This document shows, one piece after another, positions 63,850 through 64,000 of a stretch of DNA of 64,000 nt; the stretch's first letter is position 1; every line of letters begins with the position of its first letter. Source of the DNA: Gammaproteobacteria bacterium. Lineage in GTDB: Bacteria; Pseudomonadota; Gammaproteobacteria; Eutrophobiales; Eutrophobiaceae. The notes beneath the pieces were generated by a model that did no database searches, had not been told where the DNA came from, and was given only the letters and a program-made list of their open reading frames with translations. The stretch covers positions 199,570 through 263,569 of the forward strand of contig CBDCSC010000006.1 in the NCBI GenBank assembly GCA_965221335.1, given 5' to 3'. The position numbers were made by a program, and so were the translations under genes.

Positions 63850-64000
63850 ATGAGTACATTGCTTGAAACTTCAGACAGATTACCGGACCCGCTTGTTTTC
63901 ACGGATACAGCCGCGTCCAAGGTGAGACAACTTATTGCCGAAGAGGACAACGTGGCCCTGATGTTGCGGGTTTTCATTTCAGGCGGAGGATGCTCCGGTT
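63850..64000 (+). CDS. erpA: Iron-sulfur cluster insertion protein ErpA (HesB/IscA family); N-terminal 50 codons, continuing beyond the window
   Basis: An ATG at 63850 opens a frame with no stop to the window edge. It translates as [50 protein letters not shown], which is the A-type carrier signature. This ORF is not in the supplied ORF track. Confidence 0.8.
   Translation, partial: MSTLLETSDRLPDPLVFTDTAASKVRQLIAEEDNVALMLRVFISGGGCSG

Noticed and set aside
1-64000. I looked for mobile-element genes (transposase, integrase, phage) or defence systems that could explain the accessory regions.
   Set aside because: None of the ORFs shows DDE/HUH transposase, tyrosine/serine recombinase, phage structural or known defence-system motifs. 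Only the type II TA modules (vapBC, yefM-yoeB) were found.

Overview
This is a chromosomal segment from a probable gammaproteobacterium. The guess rests on hemL-thiE-thiD-hemJ ... argC ... bactofilin-erpA synteny like that of Pseudomonas and relatives. No rRNA, tRNA, CRISPR, transposase or integrase was recognised. All calls come from motif and architecture recognition by eye; no database search was possible.

Layout:
- 1-12.7 kb: three tandem HyuA/HyuB (hydantoinase/oxoprolinase-family) gene pairs, interrupted by a TonB-dependent receptor.
- 12.7-17.8 kb: heterotetrameric sarcosine oxidase genes soxBDAG.
- 17.8-25.0 kb: a selenium island. It holds a flavoprotein-SelD fusion, a SenB-like glycosyltransferase, a SenA/EgtB-like synthase and selA. 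It also holds an AhpD-like gene that the ORF track splits in two at an in-frame TGA lying inside a C-x-x-U-x-x-x-H redox motif, so it is a predicted selenoprotein.
- 25.2-28.8 kb: a fused 5-oxoprolinase.
- 28.8-39.4 kb: a class III aminotransferase, a short AhcY, PhoD, an archaeal-type riboflavin kinase-HAD fusion, and an attEFGH-like ABC exporter set.
- 39.4-57.1 kb: an accessory block bracketed by vapBC and yefM-yoeB. It carries small redox genes, an MFS transporter plus ureohydrolase, orphan CoxD/CoxE-like genes, and a multicomponent phenol hydroxylase plus catechol 2,3-dioxygenase cluster (dmpKLMNOPQB).
- 57.1-64 kb: core housekeeping genes.

Intergenic regions carry a family of GGAAnCTCTGA palindromic repeats, including two ~150-nt five-hairpin composite elements.
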